Assembly: GCA_965217895.1 (NCBI GenBank)
Contig: CBDCJV010000002.1
Location: 3,872,001-3,936,000 of the forward strand
Direction of reading: 5' to 3'
DNA length: 64,000 nt
Origin: Waterburya sp.
GTDB taxonomy: Bacteria > Cyanobacteriota > Cyanobacteriia > Cyanobacteriales > Xenococcaceae
Within the stretch, counting starts at the first letter, position 1. The number at the start of each line of letters is the position of its first letter. Under the pieces are notes generated by a model. It had not been told where the DNA came from. It was given only the letters and a program-made list of their open reading frames with translations, and ran no database searches. Below are positions 62,173 through 64,000 of this stretch, piece after piece. The position numbers were made by a program, and so were the translations under genes.

Positions 62173-62466
62173 TTAAGCCTTCTCCAATGGTGCCATAGTT
62201 AAACCAGCACGCTTTAACTGTTGGTGATATAGTTCTGCCTGTTCTTGGGGACCAACCCAAACCAGAGCCTGTCCTTCAAAATGAATCTGCTCGGTTAAGT
62301 CTTGGGCGCGATCGCCACTCATGCCAGGAATGTATTTCATAAGGCATTCTATGACGTGGGGAAAAGTATTAAAATCGTCGTTTAGCACAATGATTTTGTA
62401 GTTGGGATAATGTTGTGTGATGGTTTGACCAGCTTTCTCTTTGGTTACAGTGGGAGTGAAAGTCAT
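62173..62466 (-). CDS. clpS: ATP-dependent Clp protease adaptor ClpS
   Basis: YKIIVLNDDFNTF..V..CL..IHFEG.A.VW. Confidence 0.93.
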   Translation of the reverse strand: MTFTPTVTKEKAGQTITQHYPNYKIIVLNDDFNTFPHVIECLMKYIPGMSGDRAQDLTEQIHFEGQALVWVGPQEQAELYHQQLKRAGLTMAPLEKA

Positions 62467-62676
62467 TCCAATAAATCCTAAAGTTATGTCAATTAAACAA
62501 TGTTTATCTAAACACTAGGTTAACAGCCTGACGATTAAAACCAAGTGTCAATCTACGACCTGCCTAAAATTCTAGTTTACCTATTTTTAACAATTTCTTC
62601 AAAATTGATTTTACTAATGGCGATTAGCCTTGAATTTGCTATTGTTTAACATTGTTTAACTTTTACGATCAGATTG

Positions 62677-63471
62677 ATGAAAATTGCAATTGGCTGGCTT
62701 TATCCGACACTGATGAGTACTTATGGCGATCGCGGTAACGTAATTTGTCTGCAAAGGCGTTGTCAGTGGCGAGGAATCGAGGTAGAGATTGTTCCTCTCA
62801 CAAGAGAAACAGAGGCGCAGAAATTTAGCCAGGTAGACTTGATTGTGGGCGGAGGCGCGCAGGATCGTCAACAAGAAATTGTCATGCGCGACTTGCGGGG
62901 AGAAAAAGCCCAGATTATTAAAGAAAAGCTTGATCGGGGTACGCCAGGAGTGTTTACCTGTGGCTCACCGCAACTTTTAGGACACTATTACGAGCCAGCA
63001 TTGGGTAAAAGAATTGAGGGTTTAGGTTTACTGGATATGGTAAGTCAACACCCAGGTATTGATGCCCAACGCTGTATTGGTAACTTAGTCTTTGAAATTA
63101 CCGCCGATCCTATCGCTTCTCAATTAGAGCAGATGCTGGGAGAAAAAGCGATCGCAATTGGCTTTGAAAATCATGGCGGTAGAACCTATCTTAGCGATGT
63201 GCAGCCTTTGGGTAAAGTAATTAAAGGTTATGGCAATAACGGAGAAGATAAAACCGCAGGGGCATTTTATCAAAATGCGATCGCAACTTATGCTCATGGA
63301 CCTTTATTACCCAAAAATCCTTTTATTGCTGATTGGCTAATCAAAAAAGCCTTGCAAAAAAAATATGAGCAAGAATTTACCCTAACTCCCTTAGACGATT
63401 CCTTAGCTATTGCAGCCCGTAAAGCCATGTTGCAACGTCTAGAATTGCTAAACCTGATGGCAACAGTTTAG
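62677..63471 (+). CDS. Type 1 glutamine amidotransferase, GatD/CobQ-like
   Basis: YGDRGN, GGGAQD, CGSPQLLG, GFENHGG, TYAHGPLLPKNP. Confidence 0.88.
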   Translation: MKIAIGWLYPTLMSTYGDRGNVICLQRRCQWRGIEVEIVPLTRETEAQKFSQVDLIVGGGAQDRQQEIVMRDLRGEKAQIIKEKLDRGTPGVFTCGSPQLLGHYYEPALGKRIEGLGLLDMVSQHPGIDAQRCIGNLVFEITADPIASQLEQMLGEKAIAIGFENHGGRTYLSDVQPLGKVIKGYGNNGEDKTAGAFYQNAIATYAHGPLLPKNPFIADWLIKKALQKKYEQEFTLTPLDDSLAIAARKAMLQRLELLNLMATV

Positions 63472-63733
63472 AAATATGTTGTTAAACTTTGCATTAGTTG
63501 CGTGCGATGCAACACAATTTGCCTTAATATTGCAATCAGACAATTTATGCAAGATTACCTTGCAATTTAAAAAGAAGACTGTCGTTGAAAGATTTTTTTC
63601 AAGAGTTGTTGTCTTGTCAAGCAAGATTAAAAAACTCAAGTAAACACTTAACTTGAATACGATAGAGCTTTCACTCACCAGAAGCTATTTTTTAGCTCCA
63701 CCTCGTACATCTTATGCAATTGCAACCAAAACT

Positions 63734-64000
63734 ATGACTGGAAAAGTACTAGATAATGGTTCTGCTGGAATTTTGGTTCTCATTCTGCCTTTTGCCTTTG
63801 GTTTTGTGGTTTTATATCAGCTATGGCCCTTTCTGCTAGCATTAGCCGTATTAATCGTAGCTTATAGAATTTGGCAAAATATTCAGTGGCAAAAATGGTG
63901 TGGAGATATAAATCCCTACTTTAATCAATTAATTAAAGAAAATCGGGGCTACCTAACTCCAGTAGATCTATCCGTTAAAGCAAACCTTACTGCCAGAGAT
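63734..64000 (+). CDS. Hypothetical membrane protein, truncated by window edge
   Basis: Open frame MTGKVLDNGSAGILVLILP... with two TM segments running to the window end. Confidence 0.65.
   Translation, partial: MTGKVLDNGSAGILVLILPFAFGFVVLYQLWPFLLALAVLIVAYRIWQNIQWQKWCGDINPYFNQLIKENRGYLTPVDLSVKANLTARD

Noticed and set aside
62502..62520. GTTTATCTAAACACTAGGT resembling GTTTGTCTAACACTGGT at 50262-50278 as alternative att sites
   Set aside because: Gapped, imperfect match that would place host genes clpS and DUF2103 inside the element

Overview
Chromosomal window from an AT-rich cyanobacterium (dense HIP1 GCGATCGC octamers, cyanobacterial 16S/23S, psb29, phycobiliprotein lyase, cikA-like kinase). 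Most of it is housekeeping: fba, gloA, tamB-like, secD/secF, cobN, carA, nadC, sdhB, ferredoxin, clpS, gatD-like, and a complete minus-strand rrn operon (16S-tRNAIle-tRNAAla-23S-5S). Accessory content includes an Rpn-family gene, a Uma2 nuclease, a decayed AddB-like gene, MITE/IS remnants and REP-like palindromes inserted in frame in genes. There is also a stand-alone 2550-aa type I PKS ending in a PLP-dependent alpha-oxoamine synthase. The main discovery candidate is an ~11.6-kb small prophage-like element (~50297-61869) at the 3' end of a DUF2103 gene. It carries a Cro-like switch, a putative Rep, a short tyrosine recombinase, an unclassifiable structural module and a GH24 lysozyme, but no recognisable terminase, portal, HK97 capsid or Zot ATPase. 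At its very end it encodes an IS110-family DEDD recombinase. The non-coding region upstream of that gene folds into two bridge-RNA-like internal loops, and the arms of one loop match both element boundaries (11/11 nt at the right end, 8-9 nt at the left). This suggests a virus-like element integrated by an RNA-guided bridge recombinase. All family assignments come from reading motifs by eye; no database searches were run.
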